From contig JAWKKD010000001.1 of assembly GCA_041393435.1 (NCBI GenBank), positions 274,942 through 298,941 of the forward strand: a DNA stretch of 24,000 bases. The letters are read 5' to 3'. A program made the translations under genes and the position numbers. The stretch comes from Solirubrobacterales bacterium (GTDB taxonomy: Bacteria > Actinomycetota > Thermoleophilia > Solirubrobacterales > Solirubrobacteraceae). The notes under the pieces are model-generated. The model was given only the letters and a program-made list of their open reading frames with translations. It was not told where the DNA came from and ran no database searches. Each line of letters begins with the position of its first letter. Position 1 is the first letter of the stretch. Below are positions 1 through 7,647 of the stretch, in pieces.

Positions 1-1521
1 GCCGCGGCGCAGCGGGCGGTCCTCGCGCGCCACGGATTCGCGATCGAGGCGGGTGTCGCCGGCCTGGAGACCGCGTTCGTCGCGCGCAGGTCGATCGGCA
101 CTGGCGGCCCCGCGATCGGCCTGCTCGGCGAGCTCGACGCGCTGCCCGGGCTCTCGCAGGACCGCGTTCCGTACCGGGCGCCGCTGGTCGAGGGCGGCCC
201 CGGGCACGGCTGCGGGCACAACCTGCTCGGCGCCGGCTCGCTGGGGGCCGCGGTCCTGGCCGCCGACCTCGCCGAGGCGCGCGGCATCGCCCTCGACGTC
301 GCGTACTTCGGGTGCCCGGCCGAGGAGATCGGCCTCGGGAAGGTCGTGATGGCGCGGGAGGGCTGCTTCGACGGGCTCGATGCCGCGCTCTGCTGGCATC
401 CGGGCGACTTCAGCATGCCCTGGGACGGCTCGGCGCTCGCGCTGGACGCGATCGCCTTCCGCTTCGCCGGCCGCACCGCGCACGCGGCCGAGGATCCGCA
501 CAACGGCCGCAGCGCCCTGGACGCGGTGGAGCTGATGAACGTCGGCGTGAACTACCTGCGCGAGCACATCCCGCCCGGCGCGCGCATCCACTACACGATC
601 CGCCATGGCGGCGGGGCGCCGAACGTCGTGCCCGACCGCGCGATCTCGGACTACCTCGTGCGCGCCGCCTCGCGCGAGGAGGTCGACCGGCTGCGCGACC
701 GCGTCTTCGACTGCGCCCGCGGCGCCGCGCTGATGACGGGCACGACCGTCGCGTGGCGTCTCGACGGGGCGTGCGCGAGCGTCCTGCCCAACGACGCCAT
801 CTCCGCGGTGCTGCTGGAATCGCTGCGGGCGGTCGGACCGCCGGCGTTCGACGAGGATGACCGCGCGTTCGCTCGCGCCATCCGCGACACCCTCCCGCCG
901 GACCAGATCGATGCGGCGCTGCGCGCCGCGCACGCTCCCCCGGACCTGCATGACCGCCCGCTGCACGAGCGCATCGACGCGCCGTTTCGCCCGGGCCGCG
1001 TGCTCATGGCGTCGACGGACGTGGGTGACGTCTCGTGGTGCGTGCCGACCTCGCAGCTCTGGATCGCGGCGATGCCGATCGGCACGCCCGGGCACTCCTG
1101 GCAGCTGACCGCCTCGGTGGGATCGCCGATCGGCCACAAGGGGATGCTCGCGCTCGCCGCGGCGCTGGCCACCGGGACGCTGGTGCTGGCGTGCGACGGG
1201 CGGCGGCTGGGTGAAGCCCGCGCCGAGTTCGAGCGGCGCACGGCCGGTCGGCGCTACCGCACGCCGCTGACGCGGGTGCCGCGGCCCCGCCCCCGGGCCT
1301 GGTGGACGACGGAGGCGACGAGGGCTGGGCGCCACTGTGAGCCGCACAGCGCGGCGCGGGATCTCACGGGCGGTGGTGCAGGCGCACGCGCACCTCGCGG
1401 AGCGGCGGCACGACCGCCAGCCGCTGCCAGCCGCGGGCGTCGAGCGCGTACTTGGCCCCGTCGTCGCGCAGGACCAGCCGCGGGTGCGGTTCGTCGGTCG
1501 TGGCCAGCCACGCGTCGCTGA
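1..1521 (+). CDS. M20-family amidohydrolase (AbgB / aminobenzoyl-glutamate hydrolase-like). The 5' end lies outside the window and the 3' end is uncertain.
   Basis: Frame 1 is open from base 1 and runs into ORF 346..1521. The translation (...GGPGHGCGHNLLGAGSLGAAVLAADL...FGCPAEEIGLGKVVMAREG...HAAEDPHNGRSALDAVELMNVGVNYLREH...GTPGHSWQ...) has the metal-ligand and dimerisation-domain pattern of AbgB-type M20 peptidases. Family-like sequence stops near ...AEFERRTAGRRYRTPL (about nt 1270). The roughly 85 further codons to the formal stop (1519-1521) are Arg/Pro/Ala low-complexity and run antisense through the next gene. Confidence 0.85.
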   Translation, partial: AAAQRAVLARHGFAIEAGVAGLETAFVARRSIGTGGPAIGLLGELDALPGLSQDRVPYRAPLVEGGPGHGCGHNLLGAGSLGAAVLAADLAEARGIALDVAYFGCPAEEIGLGKVVMAREGCFDGLDAALCWHPGDFSMPWDGSALALDAIAFRFAGRTAHAAEDPHNGRSALDAVELMNVGVNYLREHIPPGARIHYTIRHGGGAPNVVPDRAISDYLVRAASREEVDRLRDRVFDCARGAALMTGTTVAWRLDGACASVLPNDAISAVLLESLRAVGPPAFDEDDRAFARAIRDTLPPDQIDAALRAAHAPPDLHDRPLHERIDAPFRPGRVLMASTDVGDVSWCVPTSQLWIAAMPIGTPGHSWQLTASVGSPIGHKGMLALAAALATGTLVLACDGRRLGEARAEFERRTAGRRYRTPLTRVPRPRPRAWWTTEATRAGRHCEPHSAARDLTGGGAGARAPRGAAARPPAAASRGRRARTWPRRRAGPAAGAVRRSWPATRR

Positions 1522-1774
1522 GCGGCCACGGGCCGTTGCCGCGCAGGCGCTCGATCGCGCGGTGGATCGCGCCGTGGGCCAGGCCGCGCGCGAGCAGCTC
1601 GGCGACGACCGAGGCCTCGGCCACGTCCTCGACGCCGTAGACGCGCGGCTCGGCGTCCGACTGCGAGGAGCGGATCAGCCCGCGCCGCGCCCACTGGCCG
1701 ATCGTGGTGCCCGACACGCCGACGATCTCCCCGACCTCGCGGGCGTGCAGCGCTCCGTGGGCACGCGGTGGCAT
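1364..1774 (-). CDS. MerR/excisionase-type helix-turn-helix DNA-binding protein (136 aa)
   Basis: This is the internal ATG (1774..1772) of ORF 1364..2170. The translation MPPRAHGALHAREVGEIVGVSGTTIGQWARRGLIRSS... is a typical MerR-family HTH. The upstream part of the long ORF is Arg/Leu/Gln junk antisense to the ArsC-like gene. The start lies 21 nt from a divergent start codon. Confidence 0.7.
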   Translation of the reverse strand: MPPRAHGALHAREVGEIVGVSGTTIGQWARRGLIRSSQSDAEPRVYGVEDVAEASVVAELLARGLAHGAIHRAIERLRGNGPWPLSDAWLATTDEPHPRLVLRDDGAKYALDARGWQRLAVVPPLREVRVRLHHRP

Positions 1775-1775
1775 G

Positions 1776-1791
1776 CCGGAATATTCTCCGG
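1776..1791. promoter_or_regulatory. Candidate operator/promoter palindrome CCGGA-ATATTC-TCCGG in the 21-nt divergent intergenic region
   Basis: There is a perfect 5-bp inverted repeat (1776-1780 / 1787-1791) around an AT-rich core. It is the only AT-rich patch locally. TATTCT (1782-1787, TANNNT form) lies 8 nt before the ATG at 1796, which is compatible with a leaderless plus-strand transcript. Confidence 0.3.
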
Positions 1792-1795
1792 CGCG

Positions 1796-2131
1796 ATGGT
1801 CACCGTCTACGAGAAGCGAACGTGCACGACGTGCCGCAAGCTCGCGGCGCTGCTGGCCGAGCGCGGCGTGGAGGTCGAGAAGGTCGAGTACCACGTCGAG
1901 GGCCTGCGCGAGGACGAGCTGCGCGAGCTGCTGCGCAAGGCGGGGCTGCGGCCCAGCGAAGCGCTGCGCCTGCGCGAGGCCGGCGCCCGGGAGCTGGCGG
2001 CGGCGGGCGATGAGGACGCGATCGTCGCCGCGATGGTCGCCCGGCCCGAGCTGCTGCAGCGGCCGATCGTCGTCCACGGCGACCGGGCCGTGCTCGCGCG
2101 GCCGGTCGAGCGGGTGCTGGAGATCCTGTGA
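1796..2131 (+). CDS. ArsC/Spx/YffB-family thioredoxin-fold protein (111 aa)
   Basis: This is the internal ATG of ORF 1337..2131. The translation MVTVYEKRTCTTCRKLAALLAERGVEVEKVEYHVEGLREDELRELLRKAGL...LLQRPIVVHGDRAVLARP has the N-terminal CxxC after beta-1 and the ...RPIV... motif typical of the ArsC (glutaredoxin-like) family. Confidence 0.8.
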   Translation: MVTVYEKRTCTTCRKLAALLAERGVEVEKVEYHVEGLREDELRELLRKAGLRPSEALRLREAGARELAAAGDEDAIVAAMVARPELLQRPIVVHGDRAVLARPVERVLEIL

Positions 2132-2151
2132 CGCTGACCTCGCATCGACCG

Positions 2152-2184
2152 TCGAGTTCCTCGGCCTCATGCCGAGAAACTCGA
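2152..2184. terminator. Imperfect 14-bp hairpin (13/14 paired) in a convergent intergenic region
   Basis: TCGAGTTCCTCGGC (2152-2165), loop CTCAT, GCCGAGAAACTCGA (2171-2184). It begins 21 nt after the stop of the ArsC-like gene. Confidence 0.4.
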
Positions 2185-2209
2185 CACTCGATGCGTGGAG
2201 TAGAACGCA

Positions 2210-2238
2210 CGAGGGCCCGGCGTGGAGCCGGGCCCTCG
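2210..2238. terminator. Perfect 12-bp GC-rich hairpin, a likely bidirectional intrinsic terminator between the ArsC-like gene and groEL
   Basis: CGAGGGCCCGGC (2210-2221), loop GTGGA, GCCGGGCCCTCG (2227-2238). It is followed on the plus strand by a small hairpin GACGA-CTT-TCGTC (2240-2252) and a T-containing stretch. There is no long U-tract, as is common in high-GC actinobacteria. Confidence 0.5.
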
Positions 2239-2308
2239 AGACGACTTTCGTCCTTCGGTCCTCGCAAGCTCGGACCTCCGGACGACGTTACGTTTGCGCC
2301 GAAGCGGC

Positions 2309-3931
2309 CTACATCATCCCCGACATGTCGGGCATGCCGCCGCCGCCCCCGGACTCCTTCTCGGGGATCTCGGCGACGATCGCCTCGGTCGTGAGGATGT
2401 TCTTGGCGATCGAGGCCGCGTTCTGCAGCGCCGAGCGCGTCACCATCGCCGGGTCGATGACGCCGGCCTTGACCAGGTCGACGATCTCGCCGGTCGCCGC
2501 GTTCAGACCCTGGTTGCCCTTGGTCTTGCGGACGTCGTTGACGACGACCGAGCCCTCGAGGCCGGCGTTGAACGCGATCTGACGCAGCGGCTCCTCGAGC
2601 GAGCGCAGGACGATCTTCGCGCCGGTGCGCTCGTCGTCCTCGAACGCGTCGGGGGTGACCTTGTCGGACGCACGCAGGAGCGCGACGCCGCCGCCGGGCA
2701 CGATGCCCTCCTCGAGCGCCGCGCGGGTCGCCTGCAGGGCGTCCTCGACGCGGTGCTTCTTCTCCTTCATCTCGGTCTCGGTGGCCGCGCCGACCTTGAC
2801 CACGGCGACGCCGCCCGACAGCTTCGCGAGGCGCTCCTGGAGCTTCTCGCGATCGAAGTCGGAGTCGGTCGTCTCGATCTCGGCCTTGATCTGGTTGATC
2901 CGGCCCTTGATCGCGTCGGTGTCGCCGGCGCCGTCGACGATCGTCGTGTTGTCCTTGGCGACGACGACACGACGCGCGCGGCCGAGCTGCGAGACCTGCG
3001 TGTTCTCGAGCTTGAGGCCGAGGTCCTCGGTGATGACCTCGCCGCCCGACAGGATCGCGATGTCCTCGAGCATGCGCTTGCGGCGGTCGCCGAAGCCCGG
3101 CGCCTTGACGGCGACGCCCGTGAACGTGCCGCGCAGCTTGTTGACCACCAGGGTCGCCAGGGCCTCGCCCTCGACGTCCTCGGCGATGATCAGCAGCGGC
3201 TTGCCCGACTGGATGACCTGCTCCAGGACCGGCAGGAGGTCGCGGACCGAGCCGATCTTCTGGTTGGCGATGAGGATGTAGGGATCCTCGAGGACGGCCT
3301 CCATGCGGTCCTGGTCGGTGACCATGTAGGGCGAGATGTAGCCCTTGTCGAACTGCATGCCCTCGGTGAACTCGAGGTCCATGCCGAACGTCTGGCCCTC
3401 CTCGACGTTGACCACGCCGTCCTTGCCGACCTTCTCGATGGCGTCGGCGATGACGTCGCCGATCTCCTCGTCGCCGGCCGAGATGGTGGCGACGCGGGCG
3501 ATCTGGTCCTTGCCGCTGACCTCGACCGACATGTCCTTGATCGCGTCGACGATCTGGTTGACGGCGAGCTCGATGCCGCGCTTGAGCGCCAGCGGGTTCG
3601 CGCCGGCGGCCACGTTGCGCAGGCCCTCGCGGACGATGGCCTGGGCCAGGACGGTCGCGGTCGTCGTGCCGTCGCCGGCGACGTCGTTGGTCGCCGTGGC
3701 GACCTCGCGGACGAGCTGCGCGCCCTGGTTCTGGAAGACGTCCTCCACCTCGATCTCGCGCGCGATGGTCACGCCGTCGTTCGTGATGGTGGGGGCGCCG
3801 AACTTCTTGTCGAGGACGACGTAGCGGCCCTTCGGGCCGAGCGTGACCTTCACCGCGTTGGCGACGGCGTCCACGCCGGCCTGAAGCGCGTTGCGCGCCT
3901 CGGCGTCGTACTTCAGTTCCTTGTGAGCCAT
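2309..3931 (-). CDS. groL: Chaperonin GroEL (Cpn60), 540 aa
   Basis: This is the internal ATG (3931..3929) of ORF 2309..4090. The translation [40 protein letters not shown]...[18 protein letters not shown]...[11 protein letters not shown] has a canonical GroEL N-terminus, ATP-binding motif and Gly/Met-rich C-terminal tail. Confidence 0.98.
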   Translation of the reverse strand: MAHKELKYDAEARNALQAGVDAVANAVKVTLGPKGRYVVLDKKFGAPTITNDGVTIAREIEVEDVFQNQGAQLVREVATATNDVAGDGTTTATVLAQAIVREGLRNVAAGANPLALKRGIELAVNQIVDAIKDMSVEVSGKDQIARVATISAGDEEIGDVIADAIEKVGKDGVVNVEEGQTFGMDLEFTEGMQFDKGYISPYMVTDQDRMEAVLEDPYILIANQKIGSVRDLLPVLEQVIQSGKPLLIIAEDVEGEALATLVVNKLRGTFTGVAVKAPGFGDRRKRMLEDIAILSGGEVITEDLGLKLENTQVSQLGRARRVVVAKDNTTIVDGAGDTDAIKGRINQIKAEIETTDSDFDREKLQERLAKLSGGVAVVKVGAATETEMKEKKHRVEDALQATRAALEEGIVPGGGVALLRASDKVTPDAFEDDERTGAKIVLRSLEEPLRQIAFNAGLEGSVVVNDVRKTKGNQGLNAATGEIVDLVKAGVIDPAMVTRSALQNAASIAKNILTTEAIVAEIPEKESGGGGGMPDMSGMM

Positions 3932-3947
3932 GTTGGTTCGTCTTCTC

Positions 3948-4241
3948 CTAGGACTCGACCTTGGCGAGGACGTCGGACTCGCGCAGGACCAGCAGGTCCT
4001 CGCCGTCGACCTTGATCTCCGTCCCGCCGTACTTGGAGTACAGGACCTCGTCGCCCACGGCGACGTCGAGCGGGATGCGCTTCTCGCCATCCTCGTCGTA
4101 CTTGCCGTCGCCGACGGCCAGGACCTTGCCCTTCTGGGGCTTCTCCTTGGCGGTGTCGGGGAGGACGAGGCCGCTGGCCGTCGTCTGCTCCTCCTCGATC
4201 GCCTGCACGATCAGCCGATCGCCCAGGGGCTTGAGCTTCAT
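3948..4241 (-). CDS. groES: Co-chaperonin GroES (Cpn10), 97 aa
   Basis: The translation is [46 protein letters not shown]...[30 protein letters not shown] lies 7 nt upstream of the ATG, and the gene sits 16 nt upstream of groEL. Confidence 0.98.
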   Translation of the reverse strand: MKLKPLGDRLIVQAIEEEQTTASGLVLPDTAKEKPQKGKVLAVGDGKYDEDGEKRIPLDVAVGDEVLYSKYGGTEIKVDGEDLLVLRESDVLAKVES

Positions 4242-4267
4242 GTGTGGACCTCCGTTGGGGCGTTACG

Positions 4268-4294
4268 CTGGCACTCTGCCTTCGAGAGTGCCAA
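4268..4294 (-). promoter_or_regulatory. CIRCE operator (HrcA site), proximal copy in the groES 5' UTR
   Basis: CTGGCACTC-TGCCTTCGA-GAGTGCCAA fits the CIRCE architecture TTAGCACTC-N9-GAGTGCTAA, with the G/C substitutions usual in high-GC genomes. Confidence 0.85.
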
Positions 4295-4304
4295 ATCGCC
4301 GCCG

Positions 4305-4334
4305 ATGCTAGCAGCGTTGGCACTCTCGCCTCAA
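4305..4334 (-). promoter_or_regulatory. Putative sigma-A type groES promoter interleaved with the CIRCE copies
   Basis: On the minus strand, TTGAGG (complement of 4329-4334, inside the loop of the distal CIRCE) is followed by an 18-nt spacer and TAGCAT (complement of 4305-4310, TANNNT form). The predicted start falls just upstream of the proximal CIRCE. Confidence 0.45.
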
Positions 4335-4343
4335 GAGTGCCAA
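4317..4343 (-). promoter_or_regulatory. CIRCE operator (HrcA site), distal copy overlapping the -35 region
   Basis: TTGGCACTC-TCGCCTCAA-GAGTGCCAA is a perfect 9-bp inverted repeat with a 9-nt spacer. Confidence 0.85.
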
Positions 4344-4379
4344 CCGGCAGGCTCCTCGCTCTGGCGCTAGGTTTGCGCC

Positions 4380-5504
4380 ATGCGGATCCGGCTGCTGCGT
4401 CACCCCACTCGCGACGCCGACTTCGGCCGCCTGCTGCAGACGTTCTTCGTCTGCGCCGTGGCCACGGTGCTGGTCATCCGCACCCAGCTGTGGGCGACGA
4501 ACTACCCCCAGCTCGGCGGCGGCGGCCTGCACATCGCGCACCTGCTCTACGGCGGCATCTTCATGACGCTCGCCATCGGGCTGCTGCTCATCTTCCTCAA
4601 TCGCTCGATCCGCTCGCCCGCGGCGGTGGTCGGCGGTGTCGGGTTCGGCTTCTTCATCGACGAGCTGGGCAAGTTCATCACGTCCGACAACAACTACTTC
4701 TTCAAGCCGGCGGCGGCGCTGATCTACCTGATCTTCGTCGGCCTGTACCTGACCATCCGCGCGCTCGAGCGCCGGCGCGGGCTCAACCAGACCGAGCTCG
4801 TGTCCAACGCGCTGGACCTCGTCGCCGAGGCGGCGCGCCAGGACTTCGACGAGCGCGAGCGCCAGCGCGCGGTGGCGATGCTGGCCATGGTCGACCCGAG
4901 CCACCCGCTCGTGCCGCCGATCCGCGAGATGCTCGCGCGGGCCGAGGCGATGCCGATGCGCGCGCCGCGCTGGCCCGAGCGGACGTGGCGGCGCGTGCGC
5001 GACGCGTACCTGCGCTTCGCCGACACCCGCGCCTTCACGCGCCTGGTCACGTGGATCATCGTCATCTGGGGCGCCGGCAGCCTGTTCATCACGTTCGAGC
5101 TCGTGCTCTCGATCGGGCTGCACCTGGGCGGGGCGGTCCACGGCGCCGTGTCCGACGACATCGGCCAGCTGTCGGTCATCAACTGGCTGAGCCTCGCCTC
5201 GAGCACGGCCTCGGGCATCCTCGTGGCGATCGGGGTCGTGCGCCTGCGCACTGGCGACCGCGCGGCGGCCTACCGCTGGTTCGAGCGGGCGCTGCTCGTC
5301 TCGATCTTCCTCACCCGCAGCTTCGCGTTCGTCGAGTCGCAGTTCGGGGCGGTGTTCGGGCTGGCGATCGACCTGCTGCTGCTGGTCAGCATCAACCTCA
5401 TGCAGAAGGGCGATCGCGAGCGCGAGGTCGAGCAGCTCGCGGCCGGGCCGCAGGTGCCGCTCGCCGCGTCCGCCCCGGCGGACCGGTCGATCCCCGCTCG
5501 CTAG
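4380..5504 (+). CDS. Integral membrane protein of unknown function (374 aa)
   Basis: The ATG at 4380 is divergent from groES. There are several clear hydrophobic helices (FFVCAVATVLVI, LLYGGIFMTLAIGLLLIF, AAVVGGVGFGFFI, AAALIYLIFVGLYL, LVTWIIVIWGAGSLFITFELVL, LASSTASGILVAIGVV, AVFGLAIDLLLLVSI) flanking a charged soluble loop (residues about 130-200). I recognise no catalytic motif. Confidence 0.75.
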   Translation: MRIRLLRHPTRDADFGRLLQTFFVCAVATVLVIRTQLWATNYPQLGGGGLHIAHLLYGGIFMTLAIGLLLIFLNRSIRSPAAVVGGVGFGFFIDELGKFITSDNNYFFKPAAALIYLIFVGLYLTIRALERRRGLNQTELVSNALDLVAEAARQDFDERERQRAVAMLAMVDPSHPLVPPIREMLARAEAMPMRAPRWPERTWRRVRDAYLRFADTRAFTRLVTWIIVIWGAGSLFITFELVLSIGLHLGGAVHGAVSDDIGQLSVINWLSLASSTASGILVAIGVVRLRTGDRAAAYRWFERALLVSIFLTRSFAFVESQFGAVFGLAIDLLLLVSINLMQKGDREREVEQLAAGPQVPLAASAPADRSIPAR

Positions 5505-5582
5505 GGGTGCCGACCGCCGCTCAGGCGCAACCAAGGTCGAGTACTGAGCTCTGCGGCGGGGAGGCGGGCCCCCGTGGGTTCT

Positions 5583-5990
5583 CTAGTTCTGCGCGCCGCC
5601 GATGCCCAGCTTGCGGTCGGTGAACTCGCTGGGCGAGTCGACGATCTGGCTGAAGCGCACGACGGTGACCTCGTCCTCCATCGTCACCGCCCGCCCGTAG
5701 ATCTGCTCGAGGAAGTGGATCATCTCCTCGTGGCGGCGGAACTCGGGGTTGTCGTGCTCGATGTCGCGGGGCGAGAGCTCCCGGACGCGCTTGACCTCGA
5801 CCTGGTCGATGACCGCCTCGAAGATCCGCTCGCGCGGCGAGTACTGGTAGCCGATCGTCACCAGCACGAGCTGGTTCTTGCGGTACTTGTGCGACTTGTC
5901 GCCGAGGCGGATCGTCGCGGTCTTGCGACCGCGCTTGAGCTGGTCGGCGAAGATGCGCGAGTAGAAGTTCAGGACCTGCAAGGGCCGCAA
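5583..5990 (-). CDS. ASCH-domain protein (YqfB-like PUA-fold; possible N4-acetylcytidine amidohydrolase), 135 aa
   Basis: The N-terminus ...FYSRIFADQLKRGRKTATIRLGD... parallels the F..RF.D.IL.GRKT.TIR signature of E. coli YqfB and other ASCH proteins. The apparent start is TTG (5990, alternative TTG 5981), 2 nt after the Nudix stop. The gene is visibly less GC-rich than its neighbours. Confidence 0.72.
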   Translation of the reverse strand: MRPLQVLNFYSRIFADQLKRGRKTATIRLGDKSHKYRKNQLVLVTIGYQYSPRERIFEAVIDQVEVKRVRELSPRDIEHDNPEFRRHEEMIHFLEQIYGRAVTMEDEVTVVRFSQIVDSPSEFTDRKLGIGGAQN

Positions 5991-5992
5991 GT

Positions 5993-6415
5993 CTAACCGC
6001 GCACGCGCTGCAGCGCCCGGCGGACCATCTCGCGCTCGCCGCGGTAGCTGAGCTCGCGCGCGGCCTGCTCGAGCGGGACCCAGCGCGCGACCTCGACCTC
6101 GGCGTCGTGATCGGCCGGATCGCCGGCCCGGTAGTCGAACAGGTAGAACGACACGACCTTGGCGATCCGCATGCCGCTGCGCTGGTACCAGTAGCGCACG
6201 TCGCCGAGCTTCTCGACCAGCTCGGCCTCGACGCCGGCCTCCTCGCGGACCTCGCGCGTGGCGGCCTGCGGAGGCGTCTCGCCCGGGTCCACGTGCCCCT
6301 TGGGCAGCGCGAGCACCGCGCGGCCGTTGGCGGCGCGGCGGGTGGGGACGATCACGATCGTCTCGGCCCCGCGCACCACCACCCCGCCGGCCGAGAACTC
6401 AGTAGACGTAGCCAC
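5993..6415 (-). CDS. Nudix hydrolase, 140 aa
   Basis: The Nudix box GHVDPGETPPQAATREVREEAGV fits GX5EX7REUXEEXGU. The GTG start at 6415 overlaps the crp-family stop by 17 nt. Confidence 0.9.
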   Translation of the reverse strand: MATSTEFSAGGVVVRGAETIVIVPTRRAANGRAVLALPKGHVDPGETPPQAATREVREEAGVEAELVEKLGDVRYWYQRSGMRIAKVVSFYLFDYRAGDPADHDAEVEVARWVPLEQAARELSYRGEREMVRRALQRVRG

Positions 6416-7097
6416 CGAGCGCCTCCGGGTCGACGACGACGATGCGGCCGCGGCCCTGGGCGATGACCCCGGCGCGCTCGAGCACGGCGAGGAAGCGGCT
6501 GGCCGACTCGCGCGACGAGCCGGCGAGCTGGGCGATGTCGGCCTGCGTGACCGTGATGAGCACGTCGCGGTCGCGGGCGCCCTCGCGCTGGGCGTCGCCC
6601 ACGAGGTCGGCGAGCACGGTGGCGACCCGGCTTTGGACGGTCTGGAAGCTCTGACGGCTGAGGCGCTCGTTGGTCTCGCGCAGCCGGCGGCCGAGCGAGA
6701 TGACGAGCTTGGCCGACATGTCCGCGTGCGCGTGGAGCAGGCGCCGGAAGTCGGGGCCGGCGAGGCCGACGACCCGCAGGTCGTCGAGCGCCTCCACCGT
6801 GGCCGATCGCCGCTCGTCGTCGAACATCGACAGCTCCCCGAAGATGTCGCCGGGGCCGAAGTGCGCGAGCGTGATCGTGCGGCCGTCCTGGTGCTCGCGG
6901 ATCGCGCGCGCGTGCCCCTCGTCGACGATGTAGCAGGTGTCGCTCGTGTCGCCCTCCCGGAAGACGACGTCGCCGCCGGCGAACGAGCGGGCCACGGCGA
7001 GCTCGGCGATCTGGAGCAGATCGTCGTCGCCTAGGGTCTCGAACACGGGAACGCCGCGCAGCAGCGCCACGGCCGCCTCGGTCGTGGGACCAATCAC
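6399..7097 (-). CDS. Crp/Fnr-family transcriptional regulator (cNMP-binding domain plus C-terminal HTH), 232 aa
   Basis: The translation has [23 protein letters not shown]...GDVVFREGD...[11 protein letters not shown]...[13 protein letters not shown]...RSATVEAL (cyclic-nucleotide-binding beta-roll), followed by ...[30 protein letters not shown] (HTH). The start is GTG at 7097. Confidence 0.9.
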   Translation of the reverse strand: MIGPTTEAAVALLRGVPVFETLGDDDLLQIAELAVARSFAGGDVVFREGDTSDTCYIVDEGHARAIREHQDGRTITLAHFGPGDIFGELSMFDDERRSATVEALDDLRVVGLAGPDFRRLLHAHADMSAKLVISLGRRLRETNERLSRQSFQTVQSRVATVLADLVGDAQREGARDRDVLITVTQADIAQLAGSSRESASRFLAVLERAGVIAQGRGRIVVVDPEALGGYVY

Positions 7098-7126
7098 CCT
7101 GATGAGGATGCCATGCGGGCTTCTCT

Positions 7127-7636
7127 ATGGTGGTCGTGATGGCTCGCATGCTCGTCGCCGTGGTGGCGCTGGCGCTCGTGCTCGCCCCCGACGCGTCGGC
7201 CGCCCGCACGCCGACGAAGACACCCCTGTGGGCGACCGTGAACGTGTGCGACACGGCCCAGCACCCGGATGCGATCGGCATCCGCGCGTCGATGCCGGGG
7301 CTGCCGCGCAAGCGGGCCCGGCTGTACATGCGCTTCCGCGTCCAGTGGCGCGACCCAGCCGACGGCCTCTGGCACAACATCCTCGGCGACGGCGGCGACT
7401 CCGGCTTCGTGAAGATCGGACGCGGCCGGGCGACGCGCCAGGCCGGCCAGATCTTCCGCTATCAGTCGCCGGGTCAGGGCCGGACGCTGCGGCTGCGCGG
7501 CGTGGTCGACTTCCGCTGGAAGCTCGGCTCGAAGGTGGTCCGCCACTCGCGCCGGATCACCGAGCGGGGCCACCGCAGCACGGCCGGCGCGGACCCGAAG
7601 CGCTACTCGGCCGCCGTCTGCGTGCTGCGCGGCTGA
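7127..7636 (+). CDS. Hypothetical secreted protein (169 aa; signal peptide)
   Basis: The N-terminus [26 protein letters not shown] is a signal peptide with an A-x-A cleavage motif (alternative starts 7139/7148). The mature part is Arg-rich with two Cys (CDTAQ..., ...AAVCVL) and no domain I recognise. Confidence 0.6.
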   Translation: MVVVMARMLVAVVALALVLAPDASAARTPTKTPLWATVNVCDTAQHPDAIGIRASMPGLPRKRARLYMRFRVQWRDPADGLWHNILGDGGDSGFVKIGRGRATRQAGQIFRYQSPGQGRTLRLRGVVDFRWKLGSKVVRHSRRITERGHRSTAGADPKRYSAAVCVLRG

Positions 7637-7647
7637 CGTGTTCACGC

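Noticed and set aside
5557-5574. Possible terminator hairpin CGGGG-N8-CCCCG after the membrane-protein gene
   Set aside because: It has only a 5-bp stem with an 8-nt loop, and the downstream T-containing stretch is already inside the convergent ASCH gene. It is too weak to call.
5583-5990. The ASCH gene as a horizontally acquired island or mobile cargo
   Set aside because: Lower GC is the only signal. There are no flanking repeats, integrase or tRNA, and the gene is translationally packed into the crp-nudix operon. It is reported only as a compositional oddity.
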